Assembly (NCBI RefSeq): GCF_009914755.1
Contig: NC_060926.1
Reading direction: 5' to 3' (one strand)
Length of the DNA: 64,000 bases
Source: the human T2T-CHM13v2.0 reference genome, Homo sapiens
Position numbers and translations under genes: made by a program
Part shown: positions 13,247 through 26,516 of the stretch, one piece after another
Layout: each line of letters opens with the position of its first letter
How positions within the stretch are numbered: position 1 is the stretch's first letter
Notes under the pieces: generated by a model
What the model saw: the letters and a program-made list of their open reading frames with translations, nothing else
Told to the model about the DNA's origin: nothing
The model's database searches: none

Positions 13247-15638
13247 CTTGGATAGCTTTGAGGATATCGTTGGAAACGGGATTGTCTTCATATAAACTCT
13301 AGACAGAAGCATTCTCAGAAGCTTCATTGGGATGTTTCAATTGAAGTAACAGTGTTGAACAGTCCCTTTCATAGAGCAGGTTTGAAACACTCTTTTTGTA
13401 GTATCTGGAAGTGGACATTTGGAGCGCTCTCAGGACTGCGGTGAAAAAGGAAATATCTTCCAACAAAAGCTAGATAGAAGCAATGTCAGAAAATTTTTCA
13501 TGATGTATCTACTCAGCTAACAGAGTTGAACCTTCCTTTGAGAGAGCAGTTTTGAAACACTCTTTTTGTGGAATCTGCAAGTGGATATTTGTCTAGCTTT
13601 GAGGATTTCGTTGGAAACGGGATTACATATAAAAAGCAGACAGCAGCATTCCCAGAAACTTCTTTGTGATGTTTGCATTCAAGTCACAGAGTTGAACATT
13701 CCCTTTCATAGAGCAGGTTTGAAACACTCTTTTTGTAGTATCTGGATGTGGACATTTGCAGCGCTTTCAGGCCTATGGTGAAAAAGGAAATATCTTCCCC
13801 TGAAAACTAGACAGAAGCATTCTCAGAAACTTATTTGTGATGTGCGCCCTCAACTAACAGTGTTGAAGCTTTCTTTTCATAGAGCAGTTTTGAAACACTC
13901 TTTTTGTAATATCTGCAAGAGGATATTTGGATAGCTTTCAGGATTTCGTTGGAAACGGGATTGTCTTCATATAAACTCTAGACAGAAGCATTCTCAGAAG
14001 CTTCATTGGGATGTTTCAATTGAAGTCACAGTGTTGAACAGTCCCTTTCATAGAGCAGGTTTGAAACACTCTTTTTGTAGTATCTGGATGTGGACATTTG
14101 GAGCGCTTTCAGGCCTATGGTTTAAAAGGAAATATCTTCCCCTGAAAACTAGACAGAAGCATTCTCAGAAACTTATTTGTGATGTGCGCCCTCAACTAAC
14201 AGTGTTGAAGCATTCTTTTGATAGAGCAGTTTTGAAACACTCTTTTTGTGGAATCTGCAAGTGGATATTTGTCTAGCTTTGAGGATTTCGTTGGAAACGG
14301 GATTACATATAAAAAGCAGACAGCAGCATTCCCAGAAACTTCTTTGTGATGTTTGCATTCAAGTCACAGAGTTGAACATTCCCTTTCATAGAGCAGGTTT
14401 GAAACACTCTTTTTGTAGTATCTGGATGTGGACATTTGCAGCGCTTTCAGGCCTAAGGTGAAAAAGGAAATATCTTCCCCTGAAAACTAGACAGAAGCAT
14501 TCTCAGAAACTTATTTGTGATGTGCGCCCTCAACTAACAGTGTTGAAGCTTTCTTTTGATAGAGCAGTTTTGAAACACTCTTTTTGTAATATCTGCAAGA
14601 GGATACTTGGATAGCTTTGAGGATTTCGTTGGAAACGGGATTGTCTTCATATAAACTCTAGACAGAAGCATTCTCAGAAGCTTCATTGGGATGTTTCAAT
14701 TGAAGACACAGTGTTGAACAGTCCCTTTCATAGAGCAGGTTTGAAACACTCTTTTTGTAGTATCTGGAAGTGGACATTTGGAGCGCTTTCAGGCCTATGG
14801 TTTAAAAGGAAATATCTTCCCCTGAAAACTAGACAGAAGCATTCTCAGAAACTTATTTGTGATGTGCGCCCTCAACTAACAGTGTTAAAGCTTTCTTTTG
14901 ATAGAGCAGTTTTGAAACACTCTTTTTGTGGAATCTGCAAGTGGATGTTTGTCCAGCTTTGAGGATTTCGTTGGAAACGGGATTACATATAAAAAACAGA
15001 CAGCAGCATTCCCAGAATCTTGTTTGTGATGTTTGCATTCAAGTCACAGAGTTGAACATTCCCTTTCAGAGAGCAGGTTTGAAACACTCTTTTTATAGTA
15101 TCTGGATGTGAACATTTGGAGCGCTTTCAGGCCTATGGTGAAAAAGGAAATATCTTCTCCTGAAAACTAGACAGAAGCATTCTCAGAATCTTATTTGTGA
15201 TGTGCGCCCTCAACTAACAATGTTGAAGCTTTCTTTTGATAGAGCAGTTTTGCAACACTCTTTTCGTAAAATCTGCAAGAGGATATTTGGATAGCTTTGA
15301 GGATTTCGTTGGAAACGGGATTGTCTTCATATAAACTCTAGACAAAAGCATTCTCAGAAGCTTCATTGGGATGTTTCAATTGAAGTCACAGTGTTGAACA
15401 GTTCCTTTCATAGAACAGGTTTGAAACACTCTTTTTGTAGTATCTGGAAGTGGACATTTGGAGCGCTCTCAGGACTATGGTGAAAAAGGAAATATCTTCC
15501 AATAAAAGCTACATAGAAGCAATGTCAGAAACTTTTTCATGATGTATCTACTCAGCTAACAGAGTTGAACCTTTCCTTTGAGAGAGCAGTTTTGAAACAC
15601 TCTTTTTGTGGAATCTGCAAGTGGATATTTGTCTAGCT

Positions 15639-16660
15639 TTGAGGATTTCGTTGGAAACGGGATTACATATAAAAAGCAGACAGCAGCATTCCCAGTAACT
15701 TCTTTGTGATGTTTTCATTCAAGTCACAGAGTTGAACATTCCCTTTCATAGAGCAGGTTTGAAACACTCTTTTTGAAGTATCTGGATGTGGACATTTGGA
15801 GCGCTTTCAGGCCTATGGTGAAAAAGGAAATATCTTCCCCTGAAAACTAGACAGAAGCATTCTCAGAAACTTATTTGTGATGTGCGCCCTCAACTAACAG
15901 TGTTGAACCTTTCTTTTGATAGAGCAGTTTTGAAACACTCTTTTTGTAATATCTGCAAGAGGATATTTGGATAGCTTTGAGGATTTCGTTGGAAACGGGA
16001 TTGTCTTCATATAAACTCTAGACAGAAGCATTCTCCGAAGCTTCATTGGGATGTTTCAATTGAAGTCACAGTGTTGAACAGTCCCTTTCATAGAGCAGGT
16101 TTGAAACACTCTTTTTGTAGTATCTGGATGTGGACATTTGGAGCGCTTTCAGGCCTATGGTGAAAAAGGAAATATCTTCCCCTGAAAACTAGACAGAAGC
16201 ATTCTCAGAAACTTATTTGTGATGTGCGCCCTCAACTAACAGTGTTGAAGCTTTCTTTTGATAGAGCAGTTTTGAAACACTCTTTTTGTAAAATCTGCAA
16301 GAGGATATTTGGATGGCTTTGAGGATTTCTTTGGAAACGGGATTGTCTTCATATAAACTCTAGACAGAAGCATTCTCAGAAGCTTCATTGGGATGTTTCA
16401 ATTGAAGTCACAGTGTTGAACAGTTCCTTTCATAGAACAGGTTTGAAACACTCTTTTTGTAGTATCTGGAAGTGGACATTTGGAGCGCTCTCAGGACTAT
16501 GGTGAAAAAGGAAATATCTTCCAATAAAAGCTACATAGAAGCAATGTCAGAAACTTTTTCATGATGTATCTACTCAGCTAACAGAGTTGAACCTTTCCTT
16601 TGAGAGAGCAGTTTTGAAACACTCTTTTTGTGGAATCTGCAAGTGGATGTTTGTCTAGCT
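15639..16660 (+). repeat. 6-mer HOR variant (P-Q-Q, 1022 bp)
   Basis: Two consecutive Q-type boxes lie between the P units at 15639 and 16661. Confidence 0.88.
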
Positions 16661-18700
16661 TTGAGGATTTCGTTGGAAACGGGTTTACATATAAAAAGCA
16701 GACAGCAGCATTCCCAGAATCTTGTTTGTGATGTTTGCATTCAAGTCACAGAGTTGAACATTCCCTTTCATAGAGCAGGTTTGAAACACTCTTTTTATAG
16801 TATCTGGATGTGGACATTTGGAGCGCTTTCAGGCCTATGGTGAAAAAGGAAATATCTTCTCCTGAAAACTAGACAGAAGCATTCTCAGAATCTTATTTGC
16901 GATGTGCGCCCTCAACTAACAGTGTTGAAGCTTTCTTTTGATAGAGCAGTTTTGAAACACTCTTTTCGTAAAATCTGCAAGAGGATATTTTGATAGCTTT
17001 GAGGATATCGTTGGAAACGGGATTGTCTTCATATAAACTCTAGACAGAAGCATTCTCTGAAGCTTCATTGGGATGTTTCAATTGAAGTCACAGTGTTGAA
17101 CAGTCCCTTTCATAGAGCAGGTTTGAAACACTCTTTTTGTAGTATCTGGAAGTGGACATTTGGAGAGATCTCATGAATACGGTGATAAAGGAAATATCTT
17201 CCAATAAAAGCTAGATAGAAGCAATGTCAGAAACTTTTTCATGATGTATCTACTCAGCTAACAGAGTTGAACCTTTCTTTTGAGAGAGCAGTTTTGAAAC
17301 ACTCTTTTTGTGGAATCTGCAAGTGGATATTTGTCTAGCTTTGAGGATTTCGTTGGAAACGGGATTACATATAAAAAGCAGACAGCAGCATTCCCAGTAA
17401 CTTCTTTGTGATGTTTGCATTCAAGTCACAGAGTTGAACACTCCCTTTCATAGAGCAGGTTTGAAACACTCTTTTTGTAGTATCTGGATGTGGACATTTG
17501 CAGCGCTTTCAGGCCTAAGGTGAAAAAGGAAATATCTTCCCCTGAAAACTAGACAGAAGCATTCTCAGAAACTTATTTGTGATGTGCGCCCTCAACTAAC
17601 AGTGTTGAAGCTTTCTTTTGATAGTGCCGTTTTGAAACACTCTTTTTGTAATATCTGCAAGAGGATATTTGGATAGCTTTGAGGATTTCGTTGGAAACGG
17701 GATTGTCTTCATATAAACTCTAGACAGAAGCATTCTCAGAAGCTTCATCGGGATGTTTCAATTGAAGTCACAGTGTTGAACAGTTCCTTTCATAGAACAG
17801 GTTTGAAACACTCTTTTTGTAGTATCTGGAAGTGGACATTTGGAGCGCTCTCAGGACTATGGTGAAAAAGGAAATATCTTCCAATAAAAGCTACATAGAA
17901 GCAATGTCAGAAACTTTTTCATGATGTATCTACTCAGCTAACAGAGTTGAACCTTTCCTTTGAGAGAGCAGTTTTGAAACACTCTTTTTGTGGAATCTGC
18001 AAGTGGATATTTGCTTAGCTTTGAGGATTTCGTTGGAAACGGGATTACATATAAAAAGCAGACAGCAGCATTCCCAGTAACTTCTTTGTGATGTTTGCAT
18101 TCAAGTCACAGAGTTGAACATTCCCTTTCATAGAGCAGGTTTGAAACACTCTTTTTGTAGTATCTGGATGTGGACATTTGGAGCGCTTTCAGGCCTATGG
18201 TGAAAAAGGAAATATCTTCCCCTGAAAACTAGACAGAAGCATTCTCAGAATCTTATTTGTGATGTGCGCCCTCAACTAACAGTGTTGAAGCTTTCTTTTG
18301 ATAGAGCAGTTTTGAAACACTCTTTTTGTAAAATCTGCAAGAGGATATTTGGATAGCATTGAGGATTTCGTTGGAAACGGGATTGTCTTCATATAAACTC
18401 TAGACAGAAGCATTCTCAGAAGCTTCATTGGGATGTTTCAATTGAAGTCACAGTGTTGAACAGTCCCTTTCATAGAGCAGGTTTGAAACACTCTTTTTGT
18501 AGTATCTGGATGTGGACATTTGGAGCGCTTTCAGGCCTATGGTTTAAAAGGAAATATCTTCCCCTGAAAACTAGACAGAAGCATTCTCAGAAACTTATTT
18601 GTGATGTGCGCCCTCAACTAACAGTGTTGAAGCATTCTTTTGATAGAGCAGTTTTGAAACACTCTTTTTGTGGAATGTGCAAGTGGATATTTGTCTAGCT

Positions 18701-19722
18701 TTGAGGATTTCGTTGGAAACGGGATTACATATAAAAAGCAGACAGCAGCATTCCCAGAAACTTCTTTGTGATGTTTGCATTCAAGTCACAGAGTTGAACA
18801 TTCCCTTTCATAGAGCAGGTTTGAAACACTCTTTTTGTAGTATCTGGATGTGGACATTTGGAGCGCTTTCAGGCCTATGGTGAAAAAGGAAATATCTTCC
18901 CCTGAAAACTAGACAGAAGCATTCTCAGAAACTTATTTGTGATGTGCGCCCTCAACTAACAGTGTTGAACCTTTCTTTTGATAGAGCAGTTTTGAAACAC
19001 TCTTTTTGTAATATCTGCAAGAGGATATTTGGATAGCTTTGAGGATTTCGTTGGAAACGGGATTGTCTTCATATAAACTCTAGACAGAAGCATTCTCAGA
19101 AGCTTCATTGGGATGTTTCAATTGAAGTCACAGTGTTGAACAGTCCCTTTCATAGAGCAGGTTTGAAACACTCTTTTTGTAGTATCTGGATGTGGACATT
19201 TGGAGCGCTTTCAGGCCTATGGTGAAAAAGGAAATATCTTCCCCTGAAAACTAGACAGAAGCATTCTCAGAAACTTTTTTGTGATGTGCGCCCTCAACTA
19301 ACAGTGTTGAACCTTTCTTTTGATAGACCAGTTTTGAAACACTCTTTTTGTAATATCTGCAAGAGGATATTTGGATAGCTTTGAGGATTTCGTTGGAAAC
19401 GGGATTGTCTTCATATAAACTCTAGACAGAAGCATTCTCAGAAGCTTCATTGGGATGTTTCAATTGAAGTCACAGTGTTGAACAGTCCCTTTCATAGAGC
19501 AGGTTTGAAACACTCTTTTTGTAGTATCTGGAAGTGGACATTTTGAGCGAGCTCAGGACTACGGTGATAAAGGAAATATCTTCCAATAAAAGCTAGATAG
19601 AAGCAATGTCAGAAACTTTTTCATGATGTATCTACTCAGCTAACAGAGTTGAACCTTTCTTTTGAAAGAGAAGTTTTGAAACACTCTTTTTGTGGAATCT
19701 GCAAGTGGATATTTCTCTAGCT
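18701..19722 (+). repeat. 6-mer HOR variant (P-Q-Q, 1022 bp)
   Basis: P units at 18701 and 19723 enclose two Q boxes (~19046, ~19388). Confidence 0.88.
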
Positions 19723-22700
19723 TTGAGGATTTCGTTGGAAACGGGTTTACATACAAAAAGCAGACAGCAGCATTCCCAGAATCTTCTTTGTGATGTTTGC
19801 ATTCAAGTCACAGAGTTGAACATTCCCTTTCATAGAGCAGGTTTGAAACACTCTTTTTGTAGTATCTGGATGTGGACATTTGGAGCGCTTTCAGGCCTAT
19901 GGTGAAAAAGGAAATATCTTCCCCTGAAAACTAGACAGAAGCATTCTCAGAATCATATTTGTGATGTGCGCCCTCAACTAACAGTGTTGAAGCTTTCTTT
20001 TGATAGAGCAGTTTTGAAACACTCTTTTTGTAAAATCTGCAAGAGGATATTTGGATAGCTTTGAGGATTTCGTTGGAAACGGTATTGTCTTCATATAAAT
20101 TCTAGACAGAAGCATTCTCAGAAGCTTCATTGGGATGTTTCAATTGAAGTCACAGTGTTGAACAGTCCCTTTCATAGAGCAGGTTTGAAACACTCTTTTT
20201 GTAGTATCTGTATGTGGACATTTGGAGCGCTTTCAGGCCTATGGTTTAAAAGGAAATATCTTCCCCTGAAAACTAGACAGAAGCATTCTCAGAAACTTAT
20301 TTGTGATGTGCGCCCTCAACTAACAGTGTTGAAGCATTCTTTTGATAGAGCAGTTTGAAACACTCTTTTTGTGGAATCTGCAAGTGGATATTTGTCTAGC
20401 TTTGAGGATTTCGTTGGAAACGGGATTACATATAGAAAGCAGACAGCAGCATTCCCAGAAACTTCTTTGTGATGTTTGCATTCAAGTCACAGAGTTGAAC
20501 ATTCCCTTTCATAGAGCAGGTTTGAAACACTCTTTTTGTAGTATCTGGATGTGGACATTTGGAGCGCTTTCAGGCCTATGGTGAAAAAGGAAATATCTTC
20601 CCCTGAAAACTAGACAGAAGCATTCTCAGAAACTTATTTGTGATGTGCGCCCTCAAATAACAGTGTTGAAGCTTTCTTTTGATAGAGCAGTTTTGAAACA
20701 CTCTTTTTGTAATATCTGCAAGAGGATATTTGGATAGCTTTGAGGATTTCGTTGGAAACGGGATTGTCTTCATATAAACTCTAGACAGAAGCATTCTCAG
20801 AAGCTTCATTGGGATGTTTCAATTGAAGTCACAGTGTTGAACAGTCCCTTTCATAGAGCAGGTTTGAAACACTCTTTTTGTAGTATCTGGAAGTGGACAT
20901 TTGGAGAGATCTCAGGACTACAGTGAAAAAGGAAATATCTTCCAATAAAAGCTAGATAGAAGCAATGTCAGAAACTTTTTCATGATGTATCTACTCAGCT
21001 AACAGGGTTGAACCTTTCTTTTGAGAGAGCAGTTTTGAAACACTCTTTTTGTGGAATCTGCAAGTGGATATTTGTCTAGCTTTGAGGATTTCGTTGGAAA
21101 CGGGATTACATATAAAAAGCAGACAGCAGCATTCCCAGAAACTTCTTTGTGATGTTTGCATTCAAGTCACAGAGTTGAACATTCCCTTTCATAGAGCAGG
21201 TTTGAAACACTCTTTTTGTAGTATCTGGATGTGGACATTTGGAGCGCTTTCAGGCCTATGGTGAAAAAGGAAATATCTTCCCCTGAAAACTAGACAGAAG
21301 CATTCTCAGAAACTTATTTGTGATGTGCGCCCTCAACTAACAGTGTTGAACCTTTCTTTTGATAGAGCAGTTTTGAAACACTCTTTTTGTAATATCTGCA
21401 AGAGGATATTTGGATAGCTTTGAGGATTTCGTTGGAAACGGTATTGTCTTCATGTAAACTCTAGACAGAAACATTCTCAGAAGCTTCATTGGGATGTTTC
21501 AATTGAAGTCACAGTGTTGAACAGTTCCTTTCATAGAACAGGTTTCAAACACTCTTTTTGTAGTATCTGGAAGTGGACATTTGGAGCGCTCTCAGGACTA
21601 CGGTGAAAAAGGAAATATCTTCCAATAAAAGCTACATAGAAGCAATGTCAGAAACTTTTTCATGATGTATCTACTCAGCTAACAGAGTTGAAACTTTCCT
21701 TTGAGAGAGCAGTTTTGAAACACTCTTTTTGTGGAATCTGCAAGTGGATATTTGTCTAGCTTTGAGGATTTCGTTGGAAACGGGATTACATATAAAAAGC
21801 AGACAGCAGCATTCCCAGTAACTTTTTTCTGATGTTTGCATTCAAGTCACAGAGTTGAACGTTCCCTTTCATAGAGCAGGTTTGAAACACTCTTTTTGAA
21901 GTATCTGGATGTGGACATTTGGAGCGCTTTCAGGCCTATGGTGAAAAAGGAAATATCTTCCCCTGAAAACTAGACAGAAGCATTCTCAGAAACTTATTTG
22001 TGATGTGCGCCCTCAACTAACAGTGTTGAACCTTTCTTTTGATAGAGCAGTTTTGAAACACTCTTTTTGTAATATCTGCAAGAGGATATTTGGATAGCTT
22101 TGAGGATTTCGTTGGAAACGGGATTGTCTTCATATAAACTCTAGACAGAAGCATTCTCAGAAGCTTCATTGGGATGTTTCAATTGAAGTCACAGTGTTGA
22201 ACAGTTCCTTTCATAGAACAGGTTTGAAACACTCTTTTTGTAGTATCTGGAAGTGGACATTTGGAGGGCTCTCAGGACTATGGTGAAAAATTAAATATCT
22301 TCCAATAAAAGCTACATAGAAGCAATGTCAGAAACTTTTTCATGATGTATCTACTCAGCTAACAGAGGTGAACCTTTCCTTTGAGAGAGCAGTTTTGAAA
22401 CACTCTTTTTGTGGAATCTGCAAGTGGATATTTGTCTAGCTTTGAGGATTTCGTTGGAAACGGGATTACATATAAAAAGCAGACAGCAGCATTCCCAGTA
22501 ACTTCTTTGTGATGTTTGCATTCAAGTCACAGAGTTGAACATTCCCTTTCATAGAGCAGGTTTGAAACACTCTTTTTGTAGTATCTGGATGTGGACATTT
22601 GGAGCGCTTTCAGGCCTATGGTGAAAAAGGAAATATCTTCCCCTGAAAACTAGACAGAAGAATTCTCAGAATCTTATTTGTGATGTGCGCCCTCAACTAA

Positions 22701-25700
22701 CAGTGTTGAAGCTTTCTTTTGATAGAGCAGTTTTGAAACACTCTTTTTGTAAAATCTGCAAGAGGATATTTGGATAGCTTTGAGGATTTCGTTGGAAACG
22801 GGATTGTCTTCATATAAACTCTACGCAGAAGCATTCTCAGAAGCGTCATTGGGATATTTCAATTGAAGTCACAGTGTTGAACAGTCCCTTTCATAGAGCA
22901 GGTTTGAAACACTCTTTTTGTAGTATCTGGATGTGGACATTTGGAGCGCTTTCAGGCCTATGGTTTAATAGGAAATATCTTCCCCTGAAAACTAGACAGA
23001 AGCATTCTCAGAAACTTATTTGTGATGTGCGCCCTCAACTAACAGTGTTGAAGCATTCTTTTGATAGAGCAGTTTTGAAACACTCTTTTTGTGGAATCTG
23101 CAAGTGGATGTTTGTCTAGCTTTGAGGATTTCGTTGGAAACGGGATTACATATAAAAAGCAGACAGCAGCATTCCCAGAAACTTCTTTGTAATGTTTGCA
23201 TTCAAGTCACAGAGTTGAACATTCCCTTTCATAGAGCAGGTTTGAAACACTCTTTTTGTAGTATCTGGATGTGGACATTTGGAGCCCTTTCAGGCCTATG
23301 GTGAAAAAGGAAATATCTTCCCCTGAAAACTAGACAGAAGCATTCTCAGAATCTTATTTGTGATGTGCGCCCTCAACTAACAGTGTTGAAGCTTTCTTTT
23401 GATAGAGCAGTTTTGAAACACTCTTTTTGTAAAATCTGCAAGAGGATATTTGGATAGCTTTGAGGATTTCGTTGGAAACGGGATTGTCTTCATATAAACT
23501 CTAGACAGAAGCATTCTCAGAAGCTTCATTGGGATGTTTCAATTGAAGTCACAGTGTTGAACAGTCCCTTTCATAGAGCAGGTTTGAAACACTCTTTTTG
23601 TAGTATCTGGAAGTGGACATTTGGATAGATCTCAGGAATACGGTGATAAAGGAAATATCTTCCAATAAAAGCTAGATAGAAGCAATGTCAGAAACTTTTT
23701 CATGATGTATCTACTCAGCTAACAGAGTTGAACCTTTCTTTTGAGAGAGCAGTTTTGAAACACTCTTTTTGTGGAATCTGCAAGTGGATATTTGTCTAGC
23801 TTTGAGGATTTCGTTGGAAACGGGATTACATATAAAAAGCAGACAGCAGCATTCCCAGTAACTTCTTTGTGATGTTTGCATTCAAGTCACAGAGTTGAAC
23901 ATTCCCTTTCATAGAGCAGGTTTGAAACACTCTTTTTGTAGTATCTGGATGTGGACATTTGGAGCGCTTTCAGGCCAATGGGGAAAAAGGAAATATCTTC
24001 CCCTGAAAACTAGAGAGAAGAATTCTCAGAATCTTATTTGTGATGTGCGCCCTCAACTAACAGTGTTGAAGCTTTCTTTTGATAGAGCAGTTTTGAAACA
24101 CTCTTTTTGTAAAATCTGCAAGAGGATATTTGGATAGCTTTGAGGATTTCGTTGGAAACGGGATTGTCTTCATACAAATTCTAGACCGAAGCATTCTCAG
24201 AAGCGTCATTGGGATGTTTCAATTGAAGTCACAGTGTTGAACAGTCCCTTTCATAGAGCAGGTTTGAAACACTCTTTTTGTAGTATCTGGATGTGGACAT
24301 TTGGAGCGCTTTCAGGCCTATGGTTTAAAAGGAAATATTTTCCCCTGAAAACTAGACAGAAGCATTCTCAGAAACTTATTTGTGATGTGCGCCCTCAACT
24401 AACAGTGTTGAAGCATTGTTTTGATAGAGCAGTTTTGAAACACTCTTTTTGTGGAATCTGGAAGTGGATATTTGTCTAGCTTTGAGAATTTCGTTTGAAA
24501 CGGGATTACATATAAAAAGCAGACAGCAGCATTCCCAGAAACTTGTTTGTGATGTTTGCATTCAAGTCACAGAGTTGAACATTCCCTTTCAGAGAGCAGG
24601 TTTGAAACACTCTTTTTATAGTATCTGGATGTGGACATTTGGAGCGCTTTCAGGCCTATGGTGAAAAATGAAATATCTTCTCCTGAAAACTAGACAGAAT
24701 CATTCTCAGAAACTTATTTGTGATGTGCGCCCTCAACTAACAGTGTTGAACCTTTCTTTTGATAGAGCAGTTTTGAAACACTCTTTTTGTAATATTTGCA
24801 AAAGGATATTTGGATAGCTTTAAGGATTTCGTTGGAAACGGGATTGTCTTCATATAAACTCTAGACAGAAGCATTCTCAGAAGCTTCATTGGGATGTTTC
24901 AATTGAAGTCACAGTGTTGAACAGTCCCTTTCATAGAGCAGGTTTGAAACACTCTTTTTGTAGTATCTGGATGTGGACATTTAGAGCGTTTGCAGGCCTA
25001 TGGTTTAAAAGGAAATATCTTCCCCTGAAAACTAGACAGAAGCATTCTCAGAAACTTATTTGTGATGTGCGCCCTCAACTAACAGTGTTGAAGCATTCTT
25101 TTGATAGAGCAGTTTTGAAAAACTCTTTTTGTGGAATCTGCAAGTGGATATTTGTCTAGCTTTGAGGATTTCGTTGGAAACGGGATTACATATAAAAAGC
25201 AGACAGCAGCATTCCCAGAAACTTCTTTGTGATGTTTGCATTCAAGTCACAGAGTTGAACATTCCCTTTCATAGAGCAGGTTTGAAACACTCTTTTTGTA
25301 GTATCTGGATGTGGACCTTTGGAGCGCTTTCAGGCCTATGGTGAAAAAGGAAATATCTTCCCCTGAAAACTAGACAGAAGCATTCTCAGAATCTTATTTG
25401 TGATGTGCGCCCTCAACTAACAGTGTTGAAGCTTTCTTTTGATAGAGCAGTTTTGAAACACTCTTTTTGTAAAATCTGCAAGAGGATATTTGGATAGCTT
25501 TGAGGATTTCGTTGGAAACGGGATTGTCTTCATATAAACTCTAGACAGAAGCATTCTCAGAAGCTTCATTGGGATGTTTCAATTGAAGTCACAGTGTTGA
25601 ACAGTCCCTTTCATAGAGCAGGTTTGAAACACTCTTTTTGTAGTATCTGGAAGTGGACATTTGGAGCGCTCTCAGGACTGCGGTGAAAAAGGAAATATCT

Positions 25701-25840
25701 TCCAATAAAAGCTAGATAGAAGCAATGTCAGAAACTTTTTCATGATGTATCTACTCAGCTAACAGAGTTGAACCTTCCTTTGAGAGAGCAGTTTTGAAAC
25801 ACTCTTTTTGTGGAATCTGCAAGTGGATATTTGTCTAGCT

Positions 25841-26516
25841 TTGAGGATTTCGTTGGAAACGGGATTACATATAAAAAGCAGACAGCAGCATTCCCAGAAA
25901 CTTCTTTGTGATGTTTGCATTCAAGTCACAGAGTTGAACATTCCCTTTCATAGAGCAGGTTTGAAACACTGTTTTTGTAGTATCTGGATGTGGACATTTG
26001 CAGCGCTTTCAGGCCTAAGGTGAAAAAGGAAATATCTTCCCCTGAAAACTAGACAGAAGCATTCTCAGAAACTTATTTGTGATGTGCGCCCTCAACTAAC
26101 AGTGTTGAAGCTTTCTTTTGATAGAGCAGTTTTGAAACACTCTTTTTGTGGAATCTGCAAGTGGATATTTGTCTAGCTTTGAGGATTTCGTTGGAAACGG
26201 GATTACATATAAAAAGCAGACAGCAGCATTCCCAGAATCTTGTTTGTGATGTTTGCATTCAAGTCACAGAGTTGAACATTCCCTTTCAGAGAGCAGGTTT
26301 GAAACACTCTTTTTGTAGTATCTGGAAGTGGACATTTTGAGAGATCTCAGGAATACGGTGATAAAGGAAATATCTTCCAATAAAAGCTAGATAGAAGCAA
26401 TGTCAGAAACTTTTTCATGATGTATCTACTCAGCTAACAGAGTTGAACCTTTCTTTTGAGAGAGCAGTTTTGAAACACTCTTTTTGTGGAATCTGCAAGT
26501 GGATATTTGTCTAGCT
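25841..26516 (+). repeat. Two consecutive 338-bp dimers (P-P-P run), repeated at 29573-30248
   Basis: P-type unit starts at 25841, 26179 and 26517 with no Q box between them; likewise 29573, 29911 and 30249. Confidence 0.9.
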
